Of a DNA stretch of 64,000 nucleotides, positions 29,575 to 43,250 are shown piece by piece (the first letter of the stretch is position 1; each line of letters begins with the position of its first letter). Location: NCBI RefSeq assembly GCF_009914755.1, contig NC_060936.1; one strand, given 5' to 3'. The notes beneath the pieces were generated by a model, which saw nothing but the letters and a program-made list of their open reading frames with translations, did no database searches and was not told the DNA's origin. This DNA is from the human T2T-CHM13v2.0 reference genome, Homo sapiens. Position numbers and translations under genes: made by a program.

Positions 29575-30058
29575 TGGTAACAGCAGTCAATTAAAGGTGG
29601 CTGAAACTTCTTTGCCACACCTCCCATTGTGAGGTGGTCTCCTTCCTTTCACCTTGAATCTGGGCTTACTCTCTGACTTACTTTTAAAAATAGAAAGAAG
29701 CAGAAGCAATGCTGTATCATTTCCAAGGCTGAGCTGCAAAAGATTTGCAACTCCCACTTTTGCACACTTTGAAAACTCCCTTTTGGAATCCAACTGCCAT
29801 GCTGTGAGAAGCCTAAGCCATATAGAGTGAGCTCTCAGCTAACTGTCAGCACCAATTGCCAACCATGTGAATGAGCTATTTTGGATATTCTGGACATTCT
29901 GGCTCCATTGAGCCTCCAGTTGACTCCCAGTCAACACCCTGTGGAACAGAATAACCACCTAGCTGAGCCCAGTCAACTCATAGAATAATGAGAGATAATA
30001 AATGGCTTAAACCACTGGGTTTTTGGGTGACTTTAATGGTGCGACAGATAACTGAGAT
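29575..30058 (+). mobile_element. MLT1G/H-type MaLR LTR nested in another MLT1 relic (30060-30550)
   Basis: ccttgaatctgggc...ctgccatgctgtgagaagcctaagcca...acagataactgagata. Confidence 0.75.
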
Positions 30059-30800
30059 AACAGTGGCTTAAACAACAAAGACATTTAATGGTCTTCTTTA
30101 ATTGGAAGCCTGGATGCTGGAAAATTCAGGTTTGGTGCAGTAGATCAACAATGTCATCTATTGTCTGTACTCTTTCTTCTATTCCATTCTGCAATTCTTA
30201 GCACACTGGCTTTTTATCCTCCTTATGATATCATGTCATGGTGGCAAGAAGGCTGCTGCATCTCCAGGTATCACATCCATATTTAAAGCAGAAAAAAGGG
30301 AAAGGGGTAGTGCCAGTGAGGCACTACCTCTGTTCACTTCATCAGGAAGCTGAATGTCTTTACAGAAGCCCCTAGGATAATTTGACATTATATCTCATTG
30401 GCCAGATGTGACCATCCTTCTTAGCAGGGAAAGTGAGTCAGTTTTTCTAATCTCTATAGTGTGAAGCAGCCATGGGAAGCGAGATTGGCAATGGCCTTTT
30501 GGTAGCGACCAAAAGTCTCTAGTTTTGGTAGCAACCAAAAATCTCTGCCATAAGATAAATGCAGGCTGACTTGTGATAGTTATTATCCCATTTGAACTAT
30601 CCTTTCCATAAGATGCTTGCTCCTAGCCATTTCACTCTAGTGCCACTAAACATTCAATGAATGCATCCATCACTCTTTATCCCAATTTTATTAATCAGAA
30701 ATCCACATATTATTTATTTCTCCAGGTTGGTCTTCTTACTAGGAGAAAAAGTGCTGGTTGTGTAAACTTTCTGAACCAGTCTATTTCTACAACAGTCATT

Positions 30801-31123
30801 TCTCTCTCTCCCCTCCCTTCTCTCTCTCTCTCTCTTTAAGAGATAAAGTCTCATTCTGTTGCCCAGGCTGGAGTTCGGGGGCACAATTACAGCTCACTGC
30901 AACCTCCTGGGCTCAAGCAATCCTCCTGCGTCAGCCTCCCAAGTAGCTGGGATACAGGTGTGCACCACCATGTCCAGGTAATTTTAAATTTTTTTGTAGA
31001 GATGTGGGTCTTGCTAGGCTGGGAGTATTGCCTAGGCTGTTCTTGAACTCCTGGCCTCAAGAGATCCTCCCACCTCAGCCTCCCAAAGTGTTGGGATTAT
31101 AGGCATGAGCCACTGCACCCAGC
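30801..31123 (-). mobile_element. AluJ with (CT)n-type tail
   Basis: J-type arms; TSD catttctct on both flanks. Confidence 0.9.
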
Positions 31124-31534
31124 CATTTCTCTTTATAAATGAATAAATTGCCATCTGGTTTATACTTCAGTATTAAGGTACGGCTAATGTGAGTCTAATT
31201 CTGAGTTAATACCACTCTTAGTGTGTTGAAAAAGTCAAGTCTTAATATTTGTAAGGATCTGGTTAAAGTCATCTAATCTTCATGCTGTCATATGAATCTT
31301 TTTGGGAGACAGCTTGCTGGTTCTTTCTTTTGGTGGAGACAACTGACGGCTGAGAGAAAACACTGAATTTGCTAGAGATGAGAATTAATCGAGCTGAATA
31401 GTCATTTGTCCTGCTCCCTGCCCTCTTGAATACACAGAAACTCTGATGACTTTAGGATCTTGGAGATGTTTGACCTCATGTTCCATATCTTATAATTCTA
31501 CTCTGATTTTGAACAATCTGCCCATTAACCTCAG

Positions 31535-32106
<572 letters not shown>

Positions 32107-32619
32107 ATTTTTGCAGACCTTGTATCTCAAACTGGAGGTCAGAAAACCTGGTCACCCAGAGTCTCACTGTCTTCATCCTTAAAGGCCCTATTCATGCATT
32201 CTATAATTATTCAGTGAATGTCAATGGTGCACAAAACACTGCACTCTTCATTGAAGGGGATAAAAGAAAAGAAATGTAAGACATGCCCCCTGGGCTCAGG
32301 GAAGGTATAACTTGGTTGGACAGGCAATATATAAAAACATGAAATGGTTACATAACCGAGCGCAGCAGATCAAGATGACGGAGTAGCCAGGAGTACAATG
32401 AAGCCTGCTTCAGCACCATTGTCCTGTCCTCTTGTAGTGGAACTAGCAGTGGACTTGAAGTCAGACAGCCTTCCCTGGACACTCCACACCCCAGGCTGGG
32501 TTAGAGACCATCTATTGTCCCTGGGTATTCCCTTTGGCAGTGCTCACCATGTTTAAATGCAACTGCCTGTTTACTGGTGAGTCTCCCCTATTAAATTGGC
32601 AGCAATGGCAGGCAGGCAC

Positions 32620-33560
32620 TCATTTGTTTATTCACTCATTGAGCAAATATTTATTGGGCACCTGCTGCATGCCAAATGCTGTTGTAGGCAATGAGAACAA
32701 CACAGTCATAGCCTATGTCCCTGGAAAAATCACAGTCTCAGGATGCAGAAATATGGTAAACAGGGAAATACATAGATATGTACATATATACAATGTCAGG
32801 TGGCGCTAAGTCCTAGGAAGAAATATAAAGCAGGGTAAGGAATGTTGTAGACATGGAGATGCGTTACCCACAGCCTCTCCAAGGGAGGTCTTGCTGTCCA
32901 GCTGTGGGGAGTGTGGTCAGCAGGCTGCCTCCACCTGTTTTCTCCTTCAGGGTCTGCCTCGGCTGCGGAGAGCCACCTTGCTCAAGCTTCTGTCTGTCCC
33001 AGGGCAATCTACATCCTGTGACTTAAGTGAGGTGGGGATATAAAAGTACAGTCATTTTAGCCTGACACAGGACAACGATGGACAGCATTCTCTGCAGAGC
33101 TCCTTGCCAGGGTGGATGAGGCTTTGTGGAGCCTAAAATGGTGTATCTCCCCCTCTGCCCAATCCTGCTTCTTCCCCTTTTGCTTTCACAGGGTCTGATT
33201 TCTAGAGAACCTCTTAGACCCCACACCCCATCCCTGTTTGCTTCAGGAGAACCTGATCTGTTAGAAGGCAATGGAGCATGATTACATGGGACTTGTGGGG
33301 AGGGTTGGCATCTTGGATAAGATGGCCAGGGAAGGCCACTTTGAGAAGGTGATGTTTGAGCAGAGACCAGGAGATGAGGGAGTCAGCTGTACTAAGGTCT
33401 GGAGGAACTGTGTTCCAGGCACAAGGTACAGCAAATCCCAAAGCCCTGAGATAGGAATGTACTTGGCGCATTTGAGCATCATCAGCAAGGCAGCCTGGTG
33501 GGCTGAAGTGCAGGGATGGGGGCAGACTGTTAGAATGTGGATGAAAAGGCAGCCAGAAGG
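32620..33560 (-). mobile_element. L2 relic interrupted by LTR16
   Basis: ttcactcattgagcaaatatttattgggcacctgctgcatgcca ... gagaaggtgatgtttgagcagagacc. Confidence 0.8.
32843..33265 (+). mobile_element. LTR16 (C-like) ERVL LTR
   Basis: cagctgtggggagtg...cttcagggtctgcctcggctgcggagagcc...ccctctgcccaatcctgcttc. Confidence 0.75.
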
Positions 33561-34494
33561 TCACACACACATGGGCATCTCCACCTTGTATCCCTAGTGC
33601 ATATGGTAGGTGCTCAATAAATGTCTGCCGAACCTAACTGCGTTCTCATTCCAGCTCCTTTCTCCTCTGTGTGACCTTGGACAGGTGGTTACTTAACCTT
33701 TCAGTGCCTCAGTTTCTCCACCTGTAGTCAGCAGCAGAGGTGGGACTCCTGAGCTCTGATTTAGAGCTCTTGCTGCCATATTATTTTCTCTCCTTGCAAA
33801 CTCTCTTCTCTCTCCCTCCAGAGATTTGGAGCACACCTGGTCCCACCCCCAGACTCTCAGCAGATGGTTCCCACTAGAAAGGTGGATGCTCTTGGCAGCT
33901 CAGCCCCACATCCTGGACCTCCTAAGCTGAGAAGCAGCTGCATCAGGGTGGTGGGTGGGGGAGGTGGCAGAGCTGGGAGGGAAAGTTAGATTTTTCTTCT
34001 CTGATGATAAATAAACCCGATTAAGGTGTCCCCACACCCGTGGGGCAGGGTGCTCCGTTGGTGGTCCTTATTGCTTTGATAAAAACTGCAATATCTGAAA
34101 ATTGTCTCAGGCACCTAAGAACTCCTATTTTATGACTTGCACGTGCCTGGAATAAATTGCTTTTGCTGCCTTGTTATATATAATTCAGATCCTTATGGAT
34201 GCGGGTGGGATGCATAACGCTCCTGTAATGATTTATTCATTGGCAGAGGGGAAGCAGAGTGCACCCACTGGGTTCTGCCCAGCCTGTCTGACAGCTCGCA
34301 AGGTTGGTGTTGCAGGCATATGTTGGATTAGCCTTGAGAAGGAGGAGCCAGTCTGGGCTCTTTAGCTTTCCTGGAACACAGTCCTGGCTGGGTAGGGGCC
34401 ACTTGTCAGTACAAGGCTTTCTTTAAGGCAGTCACTAGCTGAGTGAGGGGCTTTGCAAGTGTGATTTGAAGCTTCCTCCTTGCCAGCTTGGATA

Positions 34495-35060
34495 CTTGCA
34501 TCCCCATTTTACTGATGAGGAAATGAGGATCAGAGAAGTTACGTGACTTGCCCAAGGTCACCCAGCCAGCCCAGCAGTAATGGGATTTTCATATCAGATG
34601 GATTGGCCTCCACTTGCCCATTTGCCCCTGAGCCAGGTGCTTAACACACATGAACTCACTTCCTCTTTGGTACCACCTGGGGAGGTACAGATGATTTATT
34701 TCTCATTTTCTAGACAAGGAAATGAAGATCAGAGAGGTGAAGGGGCTGCCCAGGTTCACCCCTCTAGAAATGGAATGCCTGGGATTTTAACTGAGGCAGG
34801 TCAACAGTCATTCATTCATTCCTGTGTTCATTCATTCAATTCATTCAACCTCTCCATGCCTCAGTTTCCTCCTTTGTCAACTGGGGATAATGTTAGTACC
34901 TACCTTGTAGGATTGTTGTGAGGATTAAATGAGGGATTAAAAAATGAATTAACACAAGTAAAGTGCATAGAATTAACACAAGTAAAGTGCACAGAACAAG
35001 TAAAGTGTCTGGCCCCAGAAAAGTATACAATAGATTTTAGCTGCAATAATAATTATTTTA
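34495..35060. mobile_element. Cluster of MIR fragments in both orientations
   Basis: ccccattttactgatgaggaaatgagg (minus) and cctcagtttcctcctttgtcaactgggga (plus). Confidence 0.75.
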
Positions 35061-35621
35061 TCATTCACTTATTCTTTCTTTTATTCCACAGGTATTTTCG
35101 GTAGCCTACTATGTGTCAGGTACTTTCTTAGGAGTATTGCACATGAGCTCATTTTTATTCTCACTACTGCCTTCATCTCATAAATGAGGAAACACCTCCT
35201 AGAAATGAAATAAATTGAGGGTGTTCCCCTGGTTAGGAGGTTTGTTCCATTTTCCAAAGTAGATGAACATTCATTCACACATTTATTCATTTGTTCATTT
35301 GATATACTTTTATTAAGAATATATTATGTGTGGTGTAGGTGCTTCACTCATTTTTGTTGATTAAATGCATGAATGAACACCACGGGGGACAAGGCTGGTC
35401 CCAGTTCTCAAAGCACTTATGATTTCTTGCATGGGATATGAACAAGTAGACAGGAAATGACCACACTTCATGAATTCTACAGTGTACTTTTTTTTTCACT
35501 TATTAACTTCTTTGAAATTGGGATGCATTTTGCAATTGAAGGTGTTGTAAGATCACCGTAGGCTAGTAGTGGTTAGGATGAGGTTGGTCTTTCTGGGAGA
35601 GAACAGTGAAGCTATCTTTTA

Positions 35622-35931
<310 letters not shown>

Positions 35932-35954
35932 AAGAATTCTTGTATTTTCAAGTG

Positions 35955-36264
35955 TTTTTTTTTTGCATGTTTCTTTGAGATAGTCTTGCTTGGTTGCCCA
36001 GACTGGAATGCAGCGGTACAATCATAGCTCACTGCAGCCCCAATATTCTGGGCTCATGTTATCCTCCCGTCTCAGCCTCCTGAGTGGCTAGGACTATGTG
36101 CACATGCTACCATGCCTGGCTAATTTTAATTTTTTTTTTTTTTTTTTTTTGTAGAGACAGAGTCTCCCTATGTTGCCCTGGCTGGTCTGGAACTCCTGGC
36201 CTCAAGTGATACTATTTCCTTGGCCTCCCAAAGAGATTATAGGCATGAGCCAACACACCCAGCC
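35955..36264 (-). mobile_element. AluJ
   Basis: Reverse dimer with J diagnostics (atcatagctcactgcagcc). Confidence 0.9.
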
Positions 36265-36519
36265 TCTTTAATGTTCTTAATGGCACAGTGGAGAATATCT
36301 TGTAGGAAAACGTGGACACTGGCAACCATGATTTTAAAAATCATTTAGAAGATACAGACTTTGTACTGAAGACATTTTTGGAATATCTTAGTTAATGTAT
36401 TTTACTTGTCTTTTCTTTTTTCAAAAAAAAAAGTATGTGCAGAGTGATATGTGATTAAAATTGATGTCTAAATAACTCTAAAAGTGCTTTTTAAATAACA
36501 CAAACAAAAATTCTAAGCG

Positions 36520-38012
36520 ATAAGAAAGCACTGTGACTCCTAGGTATACCCAAGAGACTTGAAGACATATGTCTGCATAAAACACATGTACACGAATGTT
36601 CATAACAATAGCAAAAAATGTGAAAACAACCAAATATCCATCAACTGATGAATGGATAAACAAAATGTGATCTATCCATATGGCAGAATATTATTTGACC
36701 ATAAAGGGTCATGAAGTATGCATACATGCTACAACATGGATAAGCCTTGAAAATGTTATGCTAAGTGAAAGTGCTGATCATAACCCTGAAAAACACAATC
36801 CCAAACACCATAATCTCGAACGTTGAAATCCTTAAAGATCAAAATTTCTAAAGATCAAAATCCCTGAAGTCTAAAACCCCCAAAATCACAGTTATTGCGA
36901 TTTTGGTTGCATGCAGGATAGCTGTATCATGTTAGTTGCATCATGTCAGGTGGAAGTGTTACCTAGTTATGGTCTTTTTTTTTTTTTTTTTTTTGGAAAT
37001 TAAGTATGTTTTAAGGTGATATGTATGGGTACCAAGTTGACAAGGGTGGACTTGTGGACGTAATTTGATCAAGCTTAACCTGGCCAAGTGTTCTTTTGGG
37101 TGTGTCAGTGAGGGTGTTTCCAGAACAGATTAATGTGTGAGTCTGAGTGGACTGGGGGGGATGATCTGTCCTCAATGATGGTTGACACCATCCAATTGGC
37201 TGAGGATCTGGCGAGAACAAACACAAAAGGTGAATTGATCTCTCTCTTCTGAGAGCTAGGACAGACTTTCCTTCTGCTGTTTTTGATCGGTCTCATCAAT
37301 AGACTTAGGTTGCCCGTCATGGTATTTCAGATGATCACAAGTTATATAAAGAAATAGCTGGTCATAACATTTATATGGGTGTGACTGTCATTGGTATACT
37401 TGGTTTATGCTTGCAAAAATACATGTTATTATTGGTTATTTTATTGTGTCGTGTGGCCTATCAAGTGTTCTGTCATGTTTTTGTTTCTCAAATAAATCCC
37501 CTTTACAAATGTCAACAAATGTCTTTTAGAGAAATTAAAATTTTTTTTTTCAGAATTATATTTTCAAGATTTTGATATTTTGAGATTATGATTTTTGGGA
37601 TTTTAGACTTTAGGGATTTTGATTTCTCCAGATTTCAACATGGTGTTGGGATTGTGGTGTTTGGGATTATATCTTATGGCCCAAAACCAAGAGAAAGAAG
37701 TCAGCCATATTAGTTCACATATTATATAACTTCATTCATGTGAAGACCCAGTATAGGAAAATCTGTAGAGACAGAACATAGATTAGTGGTTGCTTACGGC
37801 TGGGTGTCAGGGGTACAGGAGGGGTGGGAGGTGATAGGTGATAGCAGTAGGTACAAGATTTGTTTTAGAGTTGATGAAAATGTTCTAACATTGACTGTGG
37901 TGATGGTTTCTCAGCTCTGTGATTATACTAAAACACATGGAATTGTACCTTTTAAATGGGTGAATTGTATGGTATGTGAGTTACACATCAATAATGCTAT
38001 TTTTAAAAAAGA
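36520..38012 (+). mobile_element. L1MB-like 3' end split by Ricksha
   Basis: caaatatccatcaactgatgaatggataaacaaaatgtg ... atgctaagtgaaa | gaagtcag ... tttaaatgggtgaattgtatggtatgtga. Confidence 0.85.
36772..37688. mobile_element. Ricksha-type MULE/MuDR non-autonomous DNA transposon carrying an MLT2 LTR fragment
   Basis: Long repetitive TIRs (cataaccctgaaaaacacaatccc... / ...gggattgtggtgtttgggattat...ccaaaacc); 9-bp TSD aagtgaaag (36763-36771) / aagagaaag (37689-37697); MLT2-like 37060-37285. Confidence 0.8.
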
Positions 38013-38779
38013 AAAGCATGTGTCAGTCTTTTTTAGGGTTACACGCAATAATGATGGTGGCTTAGATTGGACGAAATACAGTATAATGTAACGTGGTCAG
38101 TGTTATGTTGGAGTAAAGGTGGGGCTGTGGAGGTGCTGGGGAGGCATCCAGGCCTGTCTGGGGGAACAGGGAAGGCTTCATGGAGGTGGTGGTGGTAGGA
38201 CGATGTCAAAGCTGAAGCTGTGGGGATAAGAAAGAGTGAGAGTGAAACACAAGTGATCCAGCAAAGGCTGGGAGGTAAGAATCTGTTCTTTAAGGAGATG
38301 GCCTCTTCCCAATACAGACACCTGGCCTTACCCCTTGGACTTTGAGGGAAGTAAAGATGAGTGAGGTTGAGGTCTAGCAGCGAGGATAAATAATCTGTGC
38401 CTATTCTCCTAGGTTGGCATCTTCAAATAACACATCAGGTATGTTCAAAGGGAGGAATGAGAGAGGGAGGATGGGGAGTCACTCCTGGATGAGGTTTTAA
38501 AAAGCAGGAGGGTCGTGACAATTTCTGCACTGCTAGTGGGGGAATAAACAGCAGAGCCTCTCTGGAGGGCAATTAATTTGGCGAAGGGCTGACCCTTTCC
38601 AGCCATTCCACAACCATGCTTTTGTCCTAAGGAAATACTTATGGCGATTCCCAGCTGTCTATTCACAAGGATGTTCTTCAACACGCCTGTAGAACAAACA
38701 GAAAATCATAGAATCAGTCTGAATACATGACAAGGGGCCTGTGGATTCTAGACACCACAGCACCATCACTAAAGGGTCA

Positions 38780-38985
38780 AGTGTGTTGGGTGAGGGCAGA
38801 CCTGGATGTCAGGCAAACCTGACTTTAGGCAAACCCCGTGCAAGCCTCAGTTTCCCCATGTGTAAGATGGAGATGACCATAATGAAACTTACAGGGCTGA
38901 GGTAGGGATGAAATGAACAAAAACACAAGAAGCACTTAGAACAATGTGTAGTGCATGAATAGTAGCTTTATTGATTATTATTTCT
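38780..38985 (+). mobile_element. MIR SINE
   Basis: gcctcagtttccccatgtgtaagatggagat core. Confidence 0.7.
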
Positions 38986-39504
38986 TATGGAGCTAATAAA
39001 ATGGATGTGCTTGGAGGTTATTAAATGATAGTGAAAGATAGTCAAGACTTATCATGAAATGAAAAAAAAGGAGGTTGAGAAGGGACCCCATTTTCATGGG
39101 TGGAGATATAGACATAATTTATTTTTCTTCTTAGTGCTTTTAAAAAAATTCCTAAAATTTCGAAGGGAACAAGAATGCATTGTGTGATCAGGGTGGGGGA
39201 ACTTTGTTTTTCTAAAGAGATACTTTGAAGACATACATCTCACTGCAAGAGCACAAAGCATCTCCGAGCTCCGTTTTCCATTGGCCAAGGAGATCCTTTC
39301 TGAGGCTTCCCTGAGCAGGAGGGCTACAACCTGCAGTTTTGATGTGAGTTGGAACTCAGTGCAGGGTGTGTGATCTAAAAATAAGCAGAAAGACTCGAGT
39401 CAGTGGCTGCCCCAGTTTTTCCAGTTCTGACGAGGCACTTCGGTTAATAGAGATCAGAAGTTTTAAACCAGACAGGACGCGGTGGCTCACGCCTGTAATC
39501 CCAG

Positions 39505-41028
39505 TGTGTCCGGAATTGGTGGGTTCTTGGTCTCACTGACTTCAAGAACGAAGCCGCGGACCCTCGCGGTGAGTGTTACAGCTCTTAAGGTGGTGCGTCT
39601 GGAGTTTGTTCCTTCTGATGTTTGGATGTGTTCGGAGTTTCTTCCTTCTGGTGGGTTCGTGGTCTCACTGGCTCAGGAGTGAAGCTGCAGACCTTCGCAG
39701 TGAGTGTTACAGCTCTTAAGGCAGAGCGTCTGGAGTTGTGCGTTCTTCCCGGTGGGCTCGTGGTCTTGCTGGCTTCAGGAGTGAACCTGCAGATCTTCGC
39801 GGTGAGTGTTACAGCTCATAAAAGCAGTGTGGACCCAAAGAGTGAGCAGTACCAAGATTTAGAGCAAAAGAACAAAGCTTCCACAGTGTGGAAGGGGACC
39901 TGAGCGGGTTGCCACTGCTGGCTTGGGCAGCCTGCTTTTATTCTCTTATCTGGCCTCACCTACGTCCTGCTGATTGGTAGAGCCGAGTGGTCTGCTTTGA
40001 CAGGGCGCTGATTGGTGCGTTTACAATCCTTGAGCTAGATACAAAGGTTCTCCACGTCCCCACTAGATTAGTTAGATACAGAGTATGGACACAAAGTTTC
40101 TCCAAGGCCCCACCAGAGCAGCTAGATACAGAGTGTCGACTGCTGCACTCACAAACCCTGAGCTAAACACAGGGTGCTGATTGGTGTGTTTACAAACCTT
40201 GAGCTAGATACAGAGTGCCCATTGGTGTATTTACAATCTCTGAGCTAAGGCCCCACCAGAGCAGCTAGATACAGAGTGTCCATTGGTGCACTCACAAACC
40301 TTGAGCTAAACACAGGGTGCTGATTGGTGTATTTACAATCCCTGAGCTAGATATAAAGGTTCTCCAAGGCCCCACCACACTCAGGAGCCCAGCTGGCTTC
40401 ACCCGGTGGATCCCGCACCAGGGCTGCAGGTGGAGCTGCCTGCCAGTCCTGCGCCATGCGCTCGCACTCCTCAGCCCTTGGGTGGTCGATGGGACTGGGC
40501 GCTGTGGAGCAGGGGGCGGCGCTCGTCGGGGAGGCTCGGGCTGCACAGGAGCCCACGGAGGCGGGGGAAGGCTCAGGCATGGCGGGCTGCAGTCCCGAGG
40601 CCTGCCCCGCGGGAAGGCAGCTAAGGCCCGGCGAGAAATCGAGCACAGCGCCGGTGGGCCGGCACTGCTGCGGGACCCAGTACACCCTCCGCAGCCGCTG
40701 GCCCGGGTGCCAAGTCCCTCACTGCCCGGGGCCGGCAGGGCCGGCCGGCTGCTCCGAGTGCGGGGCCCGCCAAGCCCACACCCACCTGGAACTCTAGCTG
40801 GCCCGCAAGCGCCGCACGCAGCCCGGGTTCCCGCTCGCGCCTCTCCCTCCACACCTCCCTGCAAGCTGAGGGAGCCGGCTGTGGCCTTGGCCAGCCCAGA
40901 AAGGGGCTCCCATAGTGCAGCGGTGGGCTGAAGGACTCCTCAAGTGCCGCCAAAGTAGGAGCCCAGGCAGAGGAGGCGCCGAGAGTGGGCGAGGGCTGCG
41001 AGGACTGCCGGCACGCTATCACCTCTCA
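39505..41028 (-). mobile_element. LTR12C (ERV9) solo LTR, 1524 bp
   Basis: Reverse strand starts tgagaggtgatagcgtgccggcag and ends ccaccaattccggacaca; tandem gagctagatacagagtg..attgg repeats; 4-bp TSD ccag at 39501-39504 and 41029-41032. Confidence 0.97.
39930..40330 (-). promoter_or_regulatory. LTR12C promoter/enhancer: CCAAT (NF-Y) array, GATA site and TATA-like AATAAAA
   Basis: ATTGG at 39973, 40011, 40180, 40221, 40282, 40323; AGATAAG (minus) at 39945-39951; AATAAAA (minus) at 39936-39942; would fire leftward. Confidence 0.65.
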
Positions 41029-41131
41029 CCAGCACTTTGGAAGGCCGAGGTGGGTGGATCACCTGAGGCCAGGAGCTCGAGACCAGCCTGGCAAATGTGA
41101 AACCCCGTCTCTACTAAAAATACAAAAATTA

Positions 41132-41742
<611 letters not shown>

Positions 41743-41984
41743 TTACTCTGGGAAACTCCTGTCTCTTGGAGCTGTGTCTGCCTCAGGGTCAGCCCTGGTT
41801 TGTGGGACAGCCTTGGCTATGAGAGGGAGCACACTGCTCATAAGTTATGGGACAGAGCTGTCAGTGGCACCAGGAGGCCAATTTCTCTTCCAAGCTGCTC
41901 GGAGAGGAACCAGGGCTCAGACCTGTTGAGTTCATTCCCTTTTCTCTGTTTCCACTGCTGCTAGCCTGGCCCATTCTATCACCA

Positions 41985-42480
41985 TTTTTTTTTCTTTTTG
42001 TATGTTTTTCTCCTTTTAAAATTAGGTGTAACACTACCATAAAGCCAAGCTGGATGAGTTTCACATATGAACACACTCATAGTATCACCACATAGATCAA
42101 GAGATAGAGCATTTCTCAGACCGCAGCAGGCTGTCTTGCGTCCTCTCTCAGTCGGTATTACCCCAAGGGTAACCACTCCCTGGCATCCATCACCATGGAT
42201 TCATTCTGCCCATTTAGAACTTTCTGTAAATGGAATCAAATAGAATGTACTGCTTTGTGTCTGGCTTCTCCACATTATGTCTGGGAGATTGATTCATGTT
42301 CTTGGGGATAGTAGTAGCTTTTCCTTTTTCATTGCTGTGTAGCATTCCACTGTATGAATGGACAGCAATTTTTAAATATATTTTATGTTGATGGGCATAG
42401 GGATCGTTTCTAGTTTGTGGCTGTTATGAATAAGGCTGCTGTAGACATTTCTGTTGATGGACATAAGCCTTTATTTCTAC
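41985..42480 (-). mobile_element. L1ME/MC-like 3' end
   Basis: aaatggaatcaaatagaatgtactgctttgtgtctggcttct...ttcattgctgtgtagcattcc. Confidence 0.8.
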
Positions 42481-42569
42481 TGTCATTTCTTGCATGGGCA
42501 ACTGCAATAGTCTTTTCCCTAATATATTTTCCCCCTTTAATCTATTTTGTGCATAGCTTTCAGAGTGAT

Positions 42570-42725
42570 TTTTTTTTGGAGACAGGGTCTTGCTCTTTCA
42601 CCCAGGCTAAAGTGCAGTGGTGCAATCATAGCGCACTGTAACCTTGAACTCCTGGGCTCAAGTGATCCTCTCACATCAGCCTCCTGAGTAGCTGAGATTA
42701 CAGGTGTGAGCCATTGTACCTGGCC
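42570..42725 (-). mobile_element. FRAM/FAM-type Alu monomer inside an L2 relic (about 42480-43240, +)
   Basis: Single arm; TSD cagagtgat at 42561-42569 and 42726-42734. Confidence 0.85.
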
Positions 42726-43250
42726 CAGAGTGATCTTAAATAAAATTGTGTGAGTTAGTTGCATAAGCCTCTAAAGTCTTCCTATTGCCCTTAGGACAAG
42801 CCCCAAACTCTTTACTCTGCCTAAAATAACCCTGCACACTCTGGCCTCTGCCTGCCATTCTTGGTTTTTCTTGAAGCTCTCTCCCCTTCACTATGCCTCA
42901 GACACCCTGGCTCTTTCTGTCCTTTGGATATGCTATGCCTGTTCCCTGCATGCATCTTGGCACTAGCTGCTCCATCTTCCTGGAATTCCCTTCCCTAAAC
43001 CTTCCCCAAGATTAATCTCTTCTGGTCACTTATGTCTTATCTTTAGCAAGGTCTTCCCTGACCAGCCCATCAGAAAGAGCCCCCAAAGTCATTCATTCTT
43101 GGTAGCATTTCTACCCTCTAATATTCTTGTCTTCCCTCACTATGAGAGCAGCGCACTTGTTTAACTTAATCTGTGACCCCAGTGACTAGTCTGGGGTCTG
43201 GCTTGTGAATGTTTGTTTGTTCAATGGCTGAATGAAGACATTAGTCATAC

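Noticed and set aside
33790-33890. Strong-looking splice acceptor at 33820-33821
   Set aside because: No good donor nearby and no recognisable coding frame; isolated acceptors (also 61784-61785) and donors (near 17568 and 20715) are expected by chance
39960-40380. Repeat-spacer-like array (gagctagatacagagtg...) resembling CRISPR
   Set aside because: These are the roughly 40-bp tandem enhancer repeats of ERV9 LTR12; no unique spacers or cas genes, and the DNA is eukaryotic
40292-41022. 190-204 aa GC-rich ORFs and apparent gene-associated CpG island
   Set aside because: Entirely within LTR12C U3, where high GC suppresses stop codons
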